The position numbers were made by a program, and so were the translations under genes. From Escherichia phage anhysbys: DNA of 64,000 nucleotides. Positions 55,089 to 64,000 of this stretch are shown piece after piece (within the stretch, counting starts at the first letter, position 1; each line of letters opens with the position of its first letter). The stretch lies in the sequence record NC_052656.1, one strand, 5' to 3'. Under the pieces are notes generated by a model. It saw only the letters and a list, made by a program, of their open reading frames with translations, did not search any database and was not told the origin of the DNA.

Positions 55089-55120
55089 GGCTCGTCCGTG
55101 ATGGGCGAGCCTTTTCTGTT
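55089..55120 (+). terminator. intrinsic terminator after major capsid gene
   Basis: GGCTCGTCC-gtgat-GGGCGAGCC followed by TTTTCTGTTT. Confidence 0.7.
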
Positions 55121-55151
55121 TACAATAAGAGTTTACAACGAGGAGATTGAT

Positions 55152-55496
55152 ATGTCAAACCCAGAATTGAAACGTTACTTTAGTTATCACGAAATGATTC
55201 GTGATTTCGAATCGCTTTCACCACTGATCGATGCTGATAAAACATTAGTATCTGCGCCACCAATGTCTTTCTATCTGAAAGATGGTCGTGTTGCATTAGG
55301 TGGAAACTTCATTCACTTCCTCACGCGTTTGAGAGAAGAAACAGGTATTCTTGTGCATCCTTTTGCAAGTGAAGAACACATGGGTTACTATCTTGTAAGT
55401 TACGAAGATTATGCACCTGTAAAAATCAAAGAAGAAGTTTTAAAAGTAGAAGCGGTAGACACTCCAGCTAAAAAACGTTCCCTTCGTAAAAAATAA
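55152..55496 (+). CDS. hypothetical structural protein
   Basis: Start moved to ATG 55152 after gaggag so it does not overlap the terminator. Confidence 0.45.
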   Translation: MSNPELKRYFSYHEMIRDFESLSPLIDADKTLVSAPPMSFYLKDGRVALGGNFIHFLTRLREETGILVHPFASEEHMGYYLVSYEDYAPVKIKEEVLKVEAVDTPAKKRSLRKK

Positions 55497-55505
55497 GGTG
55501 GGTTT

Positions 55506-56054
55506 ATGCTGAATGCGGTAGAGTTGGCACCACTGATCCGAATTCTTGTTTATAACCCTTCTCAAGAAGTATTGCCAGATGCAATGCTGATTCAGATCAT
55601 CCAAACTTGGATTGATATTATAGGGAATGAAGATAAGGATAAGTGTGCAGTATTGTGGAACAGCTTGATTTCTGTTTTAGAGTATTTATGGAACAACGAT
55701 GTTCTTAACAACAGTACTCAAACAGGAGGAGCTATGTCCCGCAGAGAGAAGATGGGTGAAGTCGAAGTTGAAGTTAAATTTAACAACGGTCAAGTAACTT
55801 ATAAGTCTCCGTGGGAAGATATCTATCATAACTATTTAAATGGTCTTATGGTCATTCCTGGGTGCACGGCAGGACGAGGGGCAACCAGTAAAGTTCTTAT
55901 TGGCGGTGTTGATGCTCGTGAGATTGATCGAGTAAACAGCGATCCTAACTCTGTGAATGGTCTTGGTAATGTTGCAAGTGTTGATCGTAATACCCGCAAC
56001 GTTAATTATTTGCGAAATTACGGACCTGTTTCTTTTTATCGTAGGGACAAATAA
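55506..56054 (+). CDS. putative head-tail joining protein
   Basis: 182-aa ORF in the head-to-tail module. Confidence 0.4.
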   Translation: MLNAVELAPLIRILVYNPSQEVLPDAMLIQIIQTWIDIIGNEDKDKCAVLWNSLISVLEYLWNNDVLNNSTQTGGAMSRREKMGEVEVEVKFNNGQVTYKSPWEDIYHNYLNGLMVIPGCTAGRGATSKVLIGGVDAREIDRVNSDPNSVNGLGNVASVDRNTRNVNYLRNYGPVSFYRRDK

Positions 56055-56542
56055 TGGAAAGTGAGATCTTACCAGGTGACGATACAGATTGGGAAACCAT
56101 TATCAAAAAGATGATGGACCTTGAACAAGTTCAAATCGAAGCTGGTTTTTTAACAAACAAAAGGCATCCTGAATCAGATCTCACTATTCCTGCAATAGCA
56201 GCTATTCAACAATATGGTAATGAAACAAATAACATACCTGCTCGCCCTTTTATAACAGATGGTGCTGTTATCTCACAGAACAATATCGCTAAAAAGATGA
56301 AGCAGGTGTTTGCAAATTACTTACTGAATAATGTCGGGTTAGCTGTTTTTGAGCCTATAGCGAGAGCCTCTAGAGAAGGAATAGCTCAAGCGATTGCAAT
56401 GCAACGTTATCGTCCTTTATCTCCTGTGACAATTAAGATACGACAAGATAAAGGCAACTATTCTAATCATATCTTAATAGATACGGCACACATGATAAAT
56501 GCAATCGAAACAAAAATCACAAAAAGCAAGTCTAAAAAATAA
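56054..56542 (+). CDS. putative head-tail joining protein
   Basis: 162-aa ORF, ATGA overlap with previous gene. Confidence 0.4.
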   Translation: MESEILPGDDTDWETIIKKMMDLEQVQIEAGFLTNKRHPESDLTIPAIAAIQQYGNETNNIPARPFITDGAVISQNNIAKKMKQVFANYLLNNVGLAVFEPIARASREGIAQAIAMQRYRPLSPVTIKIRQDKGNYSNHILIDTAHMINAIETKITKSKSKK

Positions 56543-56587
56543 CTTGCATAAACTTTGTTTTTGATGTATACTAAAAAGGAGATACAA

Positions 56588-57004
56588 GTGTTACTAGATC
56601 AATTTACTCTCCTTGATCTAACTGAATACCAAGGTCGTAGACGAGTCTACAAAGAGGCCGTTGGTTCAGTTATTGCTAACTTAGAAAGTAGTGTAGAATA
56701 TGAACCATTTACTATTGAAGCGGCAAGCTTACAACCGATATCTGGTAAAACACTGAATGCACTACCCGAAGGTTACAGATCTAAGGCTCAATATAGTTTC
56801 TGGACTAAAACAGAAATGAAGGGGTTACAACAAGGAACAGAACAGTTATCAGATCAAATATTGATAGATGGTAAATGGTATTCTGTTTATTCCCTTAAAG
56901 ATTGGACCAGAACATCTTTCTTAGTCCATCATCATTGTGTTGCAATATTAGACGATCAAAACAACTCCTGGTCTTATGGAACAGAAGGAGGAAACTTTGG
57001 CTAA
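56588..57004 (+). CDS. hypothetical structural protein
   Basis: Start moved to GTG 56588 after aaaaaggag. Confidence 0.4.
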   Translation: MLLDQFTLLDLTEYQGRRRVYKEAVGSVIANLESSVEYEPFTIEAASLQPISGKTLNALPEGYRSKAQYSFWTKTEMKGLQQGTEQLSDQILIDGKWYSVYSLKDWTRTSFLVHHHCVAILDDQNNSWSYGTEGGNFG

Positions 57005-57635
57005 TATTTACCAACAAATAGAAGCATACGAAAATGCCATCTACTTAAATATAGGTGGCTTCCTTCAAGAATTAGTGGGGTTGCCAGTCTATGTTATGGA
57101 TAAGCCATTCATTAAACCGGATACTCCTTACCTAGCACTACGTATTATCACTTCCAGCGATTCTGGAGGTTGGTCTTACCGAAGCTCTATTCAAAATGAT
57201 ATGTATTCCTACGAGATGGATAATACCTACGAGATTGAACTTGTAGCCTATCGTGGAAGACCTACCACTTTGATGAGCTATGTTCTGGCTGCTCTCCGTG
57301 GTGCAGAGGAATTAAAATACAAACATCTCTATTCTAAAGGTCTTGGTTTTTTAGGAGCCTCCAATATAGCTCAAGCCAATACAATTGTAGACGGAGATAA
57401 GACTGAATTAAGAGCGCGTATGGTTATGACGTTCAACACTCGTATGAGTATTGAAGATATTGCTACTACACCAATAGAAGCAATCAACATGCACATCCGT
57501 TCATTCAGAGATAGTTACAATGATCCTATCCCTTTAGATTTAATTCTAAACAGGGTTTATGCAATTACTTTGGTTCCAGGCGAATACTCGTCAGTCAATC
57601 AAAATGGATCATTATTTAACAACCCTACCGAATAA
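56997..57635 (+). CDS. hypothetical structural protein
   Basis: Start moved to TTG 56997 after GGAGGAAAC. Confidence 0.4.
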   Translation: MANIYQQIEAYENAIYLNIGGFLQELVGLPVYVMDKPFIKPDTPYLALRIITSSDSGGWSYRSSIQNDMYSYEMDNTYEIELVAYRGRPTTLMSYVLAALRGAEELKYKHLYSKGLGFLGASNIAQANTIVDGDKTELRARMVMTFNTRMSIEDIATTPIEAINMHIRSFRDSYNDPIPLDLILNRVYAITLVPGEYSSVNQNGSLFNNPTE

Positions 57636-57669
57636 ACTCATTGGAATTAAGTTTCTAACAGGAGCATAA

Positions 57670-59043
57670 ATGGCAACTTTTCGTGAAAAGGTAGCAACCG
57701 TAACTTTACTGTATGGTGCTACATCAATTCGTGAAACCCAGTTCGATATTCCCCTGATCCTTACAGGTCAGAACGTAACTGGCGAAGCGATTCAATATTA
57801 CTCTTCTTCCGATGCACTTTTGGAAGCAGGTTATGGATTAAATGATCCAGCGTATATTATGGCAGTCAAACTGTTTAACGGTTTGTTCCCACCAGATCAA
57901 GTCATGGTTGGTAAGCGTGAAGTTACAAACTTTACTCTAACTCCAATCGTAGAAGATAGTGCAACTTACACAATTACCATCAAAAATGGTACCAAGAAAA
58001 AAGAATTTAAATTCATTGCTGATGACACTGCAACTGCACAAGAGATTGTAGTTGGTCTGACTGAAATGATCAATGCAGATCTTGTTTATGGCCCACTGTT
58101 TACAGTAGCTAACAACGGCGCTGCAATGACTTTCACTCCAGTAGAAGGTAAGTTTGGTTCTATTGACAGCACAGGTTTCACTCAAGAAACTGTCTATGCT
58201 AATGCTATTACGGAAGATATTGCTGCTCTGCATGATATTGATAGTAGCTGGTTCTGGACCCTTTCAGATTCCCATGAAACAGAAGATGTTCTAGCTTTGG
58301 CTGCATGGGTAGAAGAGAATGATAAAGTTTACTTCTTCTCTAGCTCTGAACCTGGAATTAAAACGAAAGCAGAAGATAACGTTCTGGAACGACTGAATGA
58401 CCTCGGTTATAATAACACTTGCTTTGCTTTGTGGATGACCGATGCAGATTCTGTATTCCCAGAAGCGGCAGTTGTTGGTGCAATCTGTTCTCGTCAACCT
58501 GGTTTAACTACTCTTCACGGTAAAACACTGGTAGGTGTAGAGATCGAGAAACTGGATCAGACTTCGGAAAACAATATTGTTCAACAGAACGGTAACATCT
58601 ATCGTAAAGAGCATGGAACTCTGTTCTATCGTGATGGATTGATGGTTAGCGGTTTCTTTGTTGACTATGTTGTTCATGCTTTGTGGTTTAAAGCTCGCAC
58701 AGAAGAATCACTGTTTACACTGTTTAAACAACAGTCTATGCTGGGTGGTGGTGTTCGTGCTACTTCAAACGGTCTGGCTTTGATTCGACAAGCTGTTCTG
58801 GCTAACCCGATCCAAGTAGGTATCCTCAACGGTTCCATCGCTAATGAAGTTGTTACTTCTGAAGAGACTGGTTTGCGTGTCGATCTGAAACCTATTGTTT
58901 ATATTCCTTCTCGTGCCGATATGACTGATGCGCAAATCAATGCTCGTCTGGTCGATGGGATGAAGATTGAATATGTTTACGCTGGCTTCTTCCATTACGT
59001 TAAAGTTCAGGTCAACGTCCTGACTAACCGTACTGCAAACTAA
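57670..59043 (+). CDS. putative tail sheath (or major tail) protein
   Basis: 457 aa, followed by a 159-aa protein, chaperone pair and tape measure; assignment is positional. Confidence 0.4.
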   Translation: MATFREKVATVTLLYGATSIRETQFDIPLILTGQNVTGEAIQYYSSSDALLEAGYGLNDPAYIMAVKLFNGLFPPDQVMVGKREVTNFTLTPIVEDSATYTITIKNGTKKKEFKFIADDTATAQEIVVGLTEMINADLVYGPLFTVANNGAAMTFTPVEGKFGSIDSTGFTQETVYANAITEDIAALHDIDSSWFWTLSDSHETEDVLALAAWVEENDKVYFFSSSEPGIKTKAEDNVLERLNDLGYNNTCFALWMTDADSVFPEAAVVGAICSRQPGLTTLHGKTLVGVEIEKLDQTSENNIVQQNGNIYRKEHGTLFYRDGLMVSGFFVDYVVHALWFKARTEESLFTLFKQQSMLGGGVRATSNGLALIRQAVLANPIQVGILNGSIANEVVTSEETGLRVDLKPIVYIPSRADMTDAQINARLVDGMKIEYVYAGFFHYVKVQVNVLTNRTAN

Positions 59044-59089
59044 TACGGCGGGGGTTAAGCCCCCGTTATCAAAATAAAGAGGATCTATA

Positions 59090-59569
59090 ATGGATAAAAT
59101 GCTTACTGGCGTAATGGCCTACGACCCATCTCAAGTTATCCTTTCATTAGGTGGTTGGGAACCGTGGGGTTTTGCGGCTGATACTAAAATCGTTATTGCT
59201 AAATCTAACGATATTATCAACCCTTATTCAGGGACTGATGGTGACGTTTCACTAGCTTTGAGTCGTAACCGTTTGGGAACACTCACAATGTCTTTGCAAC
59301 GCACATCTCCAGCTAACGAAGTACTTGCAACATATGCACAAACAATGTATTCTACTCGTCAAGTAGCATTCAGCGTTTACTTGGAAGACCCACGTGGCTA
59401 TTACATTAGCACGATTGGATGGATTCAAAGTCAGCCTGAAGATACTATTGGCGAAATGATTACAGAGAACCAATGGGTTATTGGTCTTAAAGATGCAAGC
59501 CTTCTGCGTAATGAAGTTGGTGTAGGTTTGAGCACCCTTAACTCAATCTCTGCTCTGACAATTCAATAA
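59090..59569 (+). CDS. putative tail tube protein
   Basis: 159 aa, directly upstream of the frameshifted chaperone pair. Confidence 0.4.
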   Translation: MDKMLTGVMAYDPSQVILSLGGWEPWGFAADTKIVIAKSNDIINPYSGTDGDVSLALSRNRLGTLTMSLQRTSPANEVLATYAQTMYSTRQVAFSVYLEDPRGYYISTIGWIQSQPEDTIGEMITENQWVIGLKDASLLRNEVGVGLSTLNSISALTIQ

Positions 59570-59581
59570 TAAATAAAGGGC

Positions 59582-59602
59582 AGAAATGCCCTTTTTATCA
59601 TT
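59582..59602 (+). terminator. intrinsic terminator
   Basis: AAGGGCA-gaaa-TGCCCTT followed by TTT. Confidence 0.6.
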
Positions 59603-59614
59603 AGAGAGGAAAAT

Positions 59615-60097
59615 ATGTCACAAGAACAAGATAACACAATTCAAAAATATGCTCGACCAGAAGAAGTAGTTGAGATTCCGTTAGATGGAAACAGATCTGT
59701 TACTTTCCGTATTATGAAGTGGAGTCCATCTAAAGTGTTTGACAGGATTCCAGAATTGGGTAGTGTTCTGGTTGTTCCTATGACTATGTACAGCACAGCA
59801 ACAATGTCCGCAGACGAAGACCTTGAGTCACGTATTGCTATGGCACTGATCCAACTTTTTGCAGGTTTGGAAGAAAAGAATTTAACTGTCTTTTTGCGTA
59901 AAATTTTAGATGAGGTTTATACTCAAGACGGTTATAACGTTGCAGAAAATTTTGATGAATTATTTATGGCTCACCCAGAACTAGTGTTAGATCTTACGGC
60001 TAAAGTTCTGGAGGTAAACTACGGCCCTTTTTTCAAACGAGGTTTCGGAAAACTGTTCACACAGCTTCAGGCGATGACGAGTTTAGCAGCAAATTAA
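59615..60097 (+). CDS. tail assembly chaperone (G-like)
   Basis: 160-aa ORF immediately upstream of tape measure; contains a slippery heptamer near its 3' end. Confidence 0.55.
   Translation: MSQEQDNTIQKYARPEEVVEIPLDGNRSVTFRIMKWSPSKVFDRIPELGSVLVVPMTMYSTATMSADEDLESRIAMALIQLFAGLEEKNLTVFLRKILDEVYTQDGYNVAENFDELFMAHPELVLDLTAKVLEVNYGPFFKRGFGKLFTQLQAMTSLAAN
60028..60034 (+). promoter_or_regulatory. -1 programmed frameshift slippery site T_TTT_TTC
   Basis: Zero-frame codons CCT TTT TTC; the -1 frame is open from 60004 through 60363. Confidence 0.5.
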
Positions 60098-60144
60098 CAC
60101 CTGCGATTGAACATGCTATCGACACAGCAACGAAAACCCTTACT

Positions 60145-60363
60145 TTGAAGTGGTATGAGGTTATTCTTTGCAAAGTCGTTAAAGATACCTCGGAAACACT
60201 GAAAACATTGGATAACTACGGTGTAGATTATCTTTTAAAACTATATGAGTATTTAACATACGAAGAGTATGTTGAAGCCATGTATGTTAAAGACACTTCA
60301 ATAAAGAGAAAACATCAAAACCAGACAAATAAAATGTCAGATTTGTTTAAGAAACTTGTTTAA
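60145..60363 (+). CDS. -1 frame extension of the tail chaperone (GT-like product)
   Basis: ORF track shows a TTG-initiated ORF with no RBS; frame is -1 relative to 59615..60097 and open back to the slippery site. Confidence 0.5.
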   Translation: MKWYEVILCKVVKDTSETLKTLDNYGVDYLLKLYEYLTYEEYVEAMYVKDTSIKRKHQNQTNKMSDLFKKLV

Positions 60364-60383
60364 TCCAACACGAGGAACATACT

Positions 60384-62372
60384 TTGTTAGAAATTAACGC
60401 CTCCAAAATTAGTAACGTGGTTACGTTTAAGGTGGACAAGAACAGTCTCAAGGAAGCAAAAGATGCCGTGTTGAGTGTTCAGAAGTTTGCAAATAAAATG
60501 CAACCCACTATGAACATGACCAAGTTTAGACAACAAATGAAAGAGATTGAGCGTGAACTTAAGAAAGCTCAAACTCAAAGTCAAAAACCTATGCGAGCAC
60601 CTACTCCCGCTGGAGCGGGTGCTCCTGTAGGTGGATCTGGCAGACCAAGAACTCCTAAAACCCCGCAAGGAAGAGAAGAAGAAAAAGCTCGTAAAGCGGC
60701 TGAACGCGAAGCTAAAGCAGCAGCACGTAGGGAAGACTTAGGTAATCTTCGTTTGCAAAACTTTAACTACCGAGCAAAAGCGTTTAGTAAAGCCAGCCCT
60801 GGCGCTATGCAAGAAGCTAGAGACGTTATGGGTAAAGCTGTAGAGCAATACAAAAAGGGTGAAATAACTCTTCAACGTATGAACCAAGCTCTTGCTCACC
60901 AGTTAGATGCCTTACGCAGATCTCATCGTGAAAAGAATGCTGAAATAGAAGACGAGGTTCGCGGTCGTCGCCGTATTCGTAGAGAGCTAGAAGCAGAAGC
61001 TAAAATGCGTATACGTATGCGAAATCGTGAACTTAGAGATATAGAACGCAACCGTAAGCGTGAATTAGCTCAACAAAAACGTGATCGTGATCGTCGATAT
61101 GGACAATTAAAAGAAGGTGCAGCAGGTCTTAATCCACGTATGATTGCATCCTCTTTGATAGGTGCTGGGCTGTTTGCAGGTGGTTCTGTAGTTGGTAACA
61201 CTTTGATGAATACTAACGAAAGAATTAAAATGGTTAGTCGCGGTGCTGAAAACGTCCAAACAAATGCTAACTCTATTTTAACAATGACCGCATGGGGTGA
61301 ACAAAACGGTGTAGACTCGGCAAATATTATTAAAGCAATAGATAACATTAAAGACGTTCGTGAACGTCTAGGTAATACCATGATGAACACCAAATGGAAC
61401 GCAAAAGAAGGGAAATGGAAAGGTGGTGATAACGGTATTACTGATATTATGAATGCTTTTGGTTGGAACCCCGATCAAATAAAACATTTGCAAAATGACC
61501 CGTTAGCTTTTATCCAAGCCACTGTTAATGAAGGCGAACGTCGAGGCATGAACTCTGCTCAAATCGGGCGACTTCTTGAAAACCTTGGTGATGACCTTAT
61601 GCACTACCAACGCATGTTTAGTAAAAATGGCGAAGGTTACAATGAAACATTGAAAATGCTTCAAAGAACAGGTGCAACATTAACTCAAGAACAAATAGAT
61701 GCTTCTAAAGAGTTTACTCGTTTTGCTGCAACAGTTCAGCTTGTAGGTCAAGGTATGCAGAACCACTTCTTAGAGGGTTTTGTGAAAGCGTTACCTAAAG
61801 ATGATTCTTGGTTGGATAACGTTAAAGTGCTAGATCAGTTTGCCAAAGATTTAGGTGAAGAACTCGGTAAGACAACAGTTCAATTAGGAGGTTTTGCTAA
61901 AGAATTGGGAGATGGTTTCGGATCTTTTACCAATTGGCTTAAAGAAACATTCCCAGATACATTCGGAGACAACACAGATCCTAATAAATCTATGGCACAA
62001 AAAGCATACGAGGCAACGCAAAGTGGAGACAGCAATCCTGTAGCAGATTGGTTGTATAATTTAACAGGTATTGATACACAAGATATTGGTCGTATGTGGA
62101 GAGGAGAACAAACAAGGACACGTGCTTTTGGATTTGGTAATCCTCTTGAAGATTTACGTGAATCAGCCTATACACCTAACGTAAGTTTGGCTCGTAATCA
62201 ACCTGTTGTTGAGAATACGGTAGCAATACCAAGTGATCTTATCAAAGTTACGATCAGTCCTTCTTCCGAGTTTGGAAATATTCTTGATGCAAGAATTCAA
62301 AATAGCGGAAATAGCATTTTCCAACGTTTATCTCTTTCAACTCTAAGTGGACAATCTAACACTGGTGGTTAA
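60384..62372 (+). CDS. tail tape measure protein
   Basis: 662 aa; N-terminal coiled-coil/charged repeats, Gly-rich hydrophobic segment, located after the chaperone pair; TTG start. Confidence 0.65.
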   Translation: MLEINASKISNVVTFKVDKNSLKEAKDAVLSVQKFANKMQPTMNMTKFRQQMKEIERELKKAQTQSQKPMRAPTPAGAGAPVGGSGRPRTPKTPQGREEEKARKAAEREAKAAARREDLGNLRLQNFNYRAKAFSKASPGAMQEARDVMGKAVEQYKKGEITLQRMNQALAHQLDALRRSHREKNAEIEDEVRGRRRIRRELEAEAKMRIRMRNRELRDIERNRKRELAQQKRDRDRRYGQLKEGAAGLNPRMIASSLIGAGLFAGGSVVGNTLMNTNERIKMVSRGAENVQTNANSILTMTAWGEQNGVDSANIIKAIDNIKDVRERLGNTMMNTKWNAKEGKWKGGDNGITDIMNAFGWNPDQIKHLQNDPLAFIQATVNEGERRGMNSAQIGRLLENLGDDLMHYQRMFSKNGEGYNETLKMLQRTGATLTQEQIDASKEFTRFAATVQLVGQGMQNHFLEGFVKALPKDDSWLDNVKVLDQFAKDLGEELGKTTVQLGGFAKELGDGFGSFTNWLKETFPDTFGDNTDPNKSMAQKAYEATQSGDSNPVADWLYNLTGIDTQDIGRMWRGEQTRTRAFGFGNPLEDLRESAYTPNVSLARNQPVVENTVAIPSDLIKVTISPSSEFGNILDARIQNSGNSIFQRLSLSTLSGQSNTGG

Positions 62373-62379
62373 TAAAATA

Positions 62380-62402
62380 CCTCGCTTCGGCGGGGTTTTT
62401 TC
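62380..62402 (+). terminator. intrinsic terminator (UUCG tetraloop) after tape measure gene
   Basis: CCTCGC-TTCG-GCGGGG followed by TTTTTT. Confidence 0.65.
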
Positions 62403-62498
62403 GTTTCCCTTGACACGAAGTTTCTATATGTGTTACAATAATCAATATGGGAAGATCTTGCGTCTTCCTTTTGGCATTATCATTACCACGAGGTTATC

Positions 62499-63206
62499 AT
62501 GGCAGCAATGACTCCACAACAGTCGGTGAGAGCCGTCTACAAGGCAGAACAGGAAATCAACTCTACCGAGAATAAAAATACCTCGGCATCTACCGTAAAG
62601 GGTGATAATGGTTTCTGTATTTTAGCAAGTGTTTATAATAGTTCAAGCGATCAATACATTCAAAACTTTAAAGCAATTACTTTCGATTCAGTCCCTGAAA
62701 TAGGTGTAACTCGTGAAGCAGATGTTACAAGTTTTCCTGTGGAATCAGGATCGGATGTAAGCGATCACGTTCAGATAAAAAATAACAGATTTAAACTTTC
62801 AGGTATAATTACCGAAACACCAATTCGACTTATGCGAGATCAATTATACAGTGCAGGTGTAAATGGAGCGAGGATTTCTCAAGCAATAGAATATCTGGAC
62901 CAAATATTTGAGTCAAGACAACCAATAGTCCTTTTGACAGAACACAGAACTTTTGAAAATGTTATTCTCAAAGGCTACTCTTATGATTATAAATCTGAAT
63001 TTGCTATGCAATTTGATTTAGAGTTCGAACAAATCCGTCTAGTCTCTAAGGCCACTACTAACGCTATCGCTGTAAAAACAGCACCAAATAAGTCAACTGG
63101 TGGTGATGTGAAAGGACAGGTTCCATCTGGCGGTCCTAAAGTGGATAACCCAATTACAAGAAACACTGCGTCATCTACTGGAACACCAACTAATACGGGG
63201 AATTAA
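62499..63206 (+). CDS. hypothetical tail protein
   Basis: 235-aa ORF downstream of tape measure. Confidence 0.45.
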   Translation: MAAMTPQQSVRAVYKAEQEINSTENKNTSASTVKGDNGFCILASVYNSSSDQYIQNFKAITFDSVPEIGVTREADVTSFPVESGSDVSDHVQIKNNRFKLSGIITETPIRLMRDQLYSAGVNGARISQAIEYLDQIFESRQPIVLLTEHRTFENVILKGYSYDYKSEFAMQFDLEFEQIRLVSKATTNAIAVKTAPNKSTGGDVKGQVPSGGPKVDNPITRNTASSTGTPTNTGN

Positions 63207-63208
63207 TA

Positions 63209-63622
63209 ATGGCAACATATTCTAAGACAACCCGATCTACAAGCAATTCTGGTTATAGTGCAGTATATTTAGAAGATCATTCAACATACTTTGCATGGTA
63301 TTTGAAAACAGAGGAATATCCAGACCAAACCTATACAGTAACTTTAGATGGTGTTGATTACGATATCCGTTTAAGGTGGAATACAAGAGATGAATCTTGG
63401 CAATGCCAAATAGGATTGTCTGGGGGTGATCCAAGTATAAGTTTCAAAGTTACAAATGGTTTAGATCTTCTTAAACCTTATAAATATCTTGAAAGTGTGC
63501 CAGATGGTCAATTGTATATAGTAGATACAGTTAAGATTAATGGTCGTCCTGGGTATACAACTACAGGTCGAGATAAACGTTTTGTATTGGTTTATATTGA
63601 TAATAAACCTAATCAGGCGTAA
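63209..63622 (+). CDS. hypothetical tail protein
   Basis: 137-aa ORF. Confidence 0.45.
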   Translation: MATYSKTTRSTSNSGYSAVYLEDHSTYFAWYLKTEEYPDQTYTVTLDGVDYDIRLRWNTRDESWQCQIGLSGGDPSISFKVTNGLDLLKPYKYLESVPDGQLYIVDTVKINGRPGYTTTGRDKRFVLVYIDNKPNQA

Positions 63623-63631
63623 GGAGATAAT

Positions 63632-64000
63632 ATGGCAGAAAGAGAGTATACAAAAGCTCCTGCCCCTAATTTAAACAGGGCATACAAATTATTAATTGGT
63701 TCTGCCACAAACACAATACAGAAGAGAACTAAGAACTCGGCATTTAAATCTACAGTAGATTTGGATACCAAGTTAGGGACAACAGAAAAATCCTCTTCTA
63801 ATTTGTATTTGTTGCAAGACCATCAAATAACCTTCAGTATTAAGAAAGATAATAACAAAGATCCTAACCAAGCAGAGATTGTAGTTTATAACCTTTCGGA
63901 TGATACTGTTAACTATATAAACCGTGGTATCCGAAATAACTTGGCTGTTGCTTTAGCGGTAGGATACGAAGGTGAAGAGTTGGTTATGATCTTCAAAGGA
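63632..64000 (+). CDS. hypothetical tail/baseplate protein (3'-truncated at window edge)
   Basis: ATG 63632 after aaggagataat; frame open to end of window. Confidence 0.45.
   Translation, partial: MAEREYTKAPAPNLNRAYKLLIGSATNTIQKRTKNSAFKSTVDLDTKLGTTEKSSSNLYLLQDHQITFSIKKDNNKDPNQAEIVVYNLSDDTVNYINRGIRNNLAVALAVGYEGEELVMIFKG

Overview
This window reads as a ~64 kb stretch of a tailed dsDNA phage genome (Caudoviricetes), AT-rich, with strong Shine-Dalgarno sites and ATG/GTG/TTG starts. All calls below are from manual reading of the sequence and the supplied ORF track; no database search or folding program was run. Layout: (i) 1-9064, a plus-strand block of small early genes, including a serine recombinase and three paralogs of an unknown family; (ii) 9134-43305, a minus-strand block carrying nucleotide-metabolism and host-interaction genes (SIR2-like protein, HslV-like peptidase, PhoH, T4-type lysozyme, glutaredoxin, RmlC/RmlD, NrdA/NrdB, ThyX-like, HNH endonuclease, DEDD exonuclease, ATP-dependent DNA ligase, and a kinase / RNA ligase / metallophosphoesterase trio that looks like an RNA-repair cassette); (iii) 43306-43795, a repeat-dense divergent intergenic region; (iv) 44774-46696, a cluster of 12 canonical tRNA genes plus two tRNA-like elements with aberrant anticodon arms, one of the canonical-fold genes being a class II tRNA with a GTT anticodon; (v) 46904-64000, plus-strand late genes: overlapping spanin pair, large terminase interrupted by an apparent mini-intein in the P-loop, portal, scaffold, decoration and lambda-E-like major capsid proteins, sheath/tube-like tail proteins, a tail chaperone with a -1 frameshift site, and tape measure protein. 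The spanins indicate a Gram-negative host. Most interesting: the terminase intein, the split RNA-repair cassette beside the tRNA cluster, two phage-specific small-protein paralog families, the separately encoded SIR2 and DprA/SLOG-like proteins, a 148-codon open frame with no canonical start, and the repeat-rich region at 43.3-43.8 kb.
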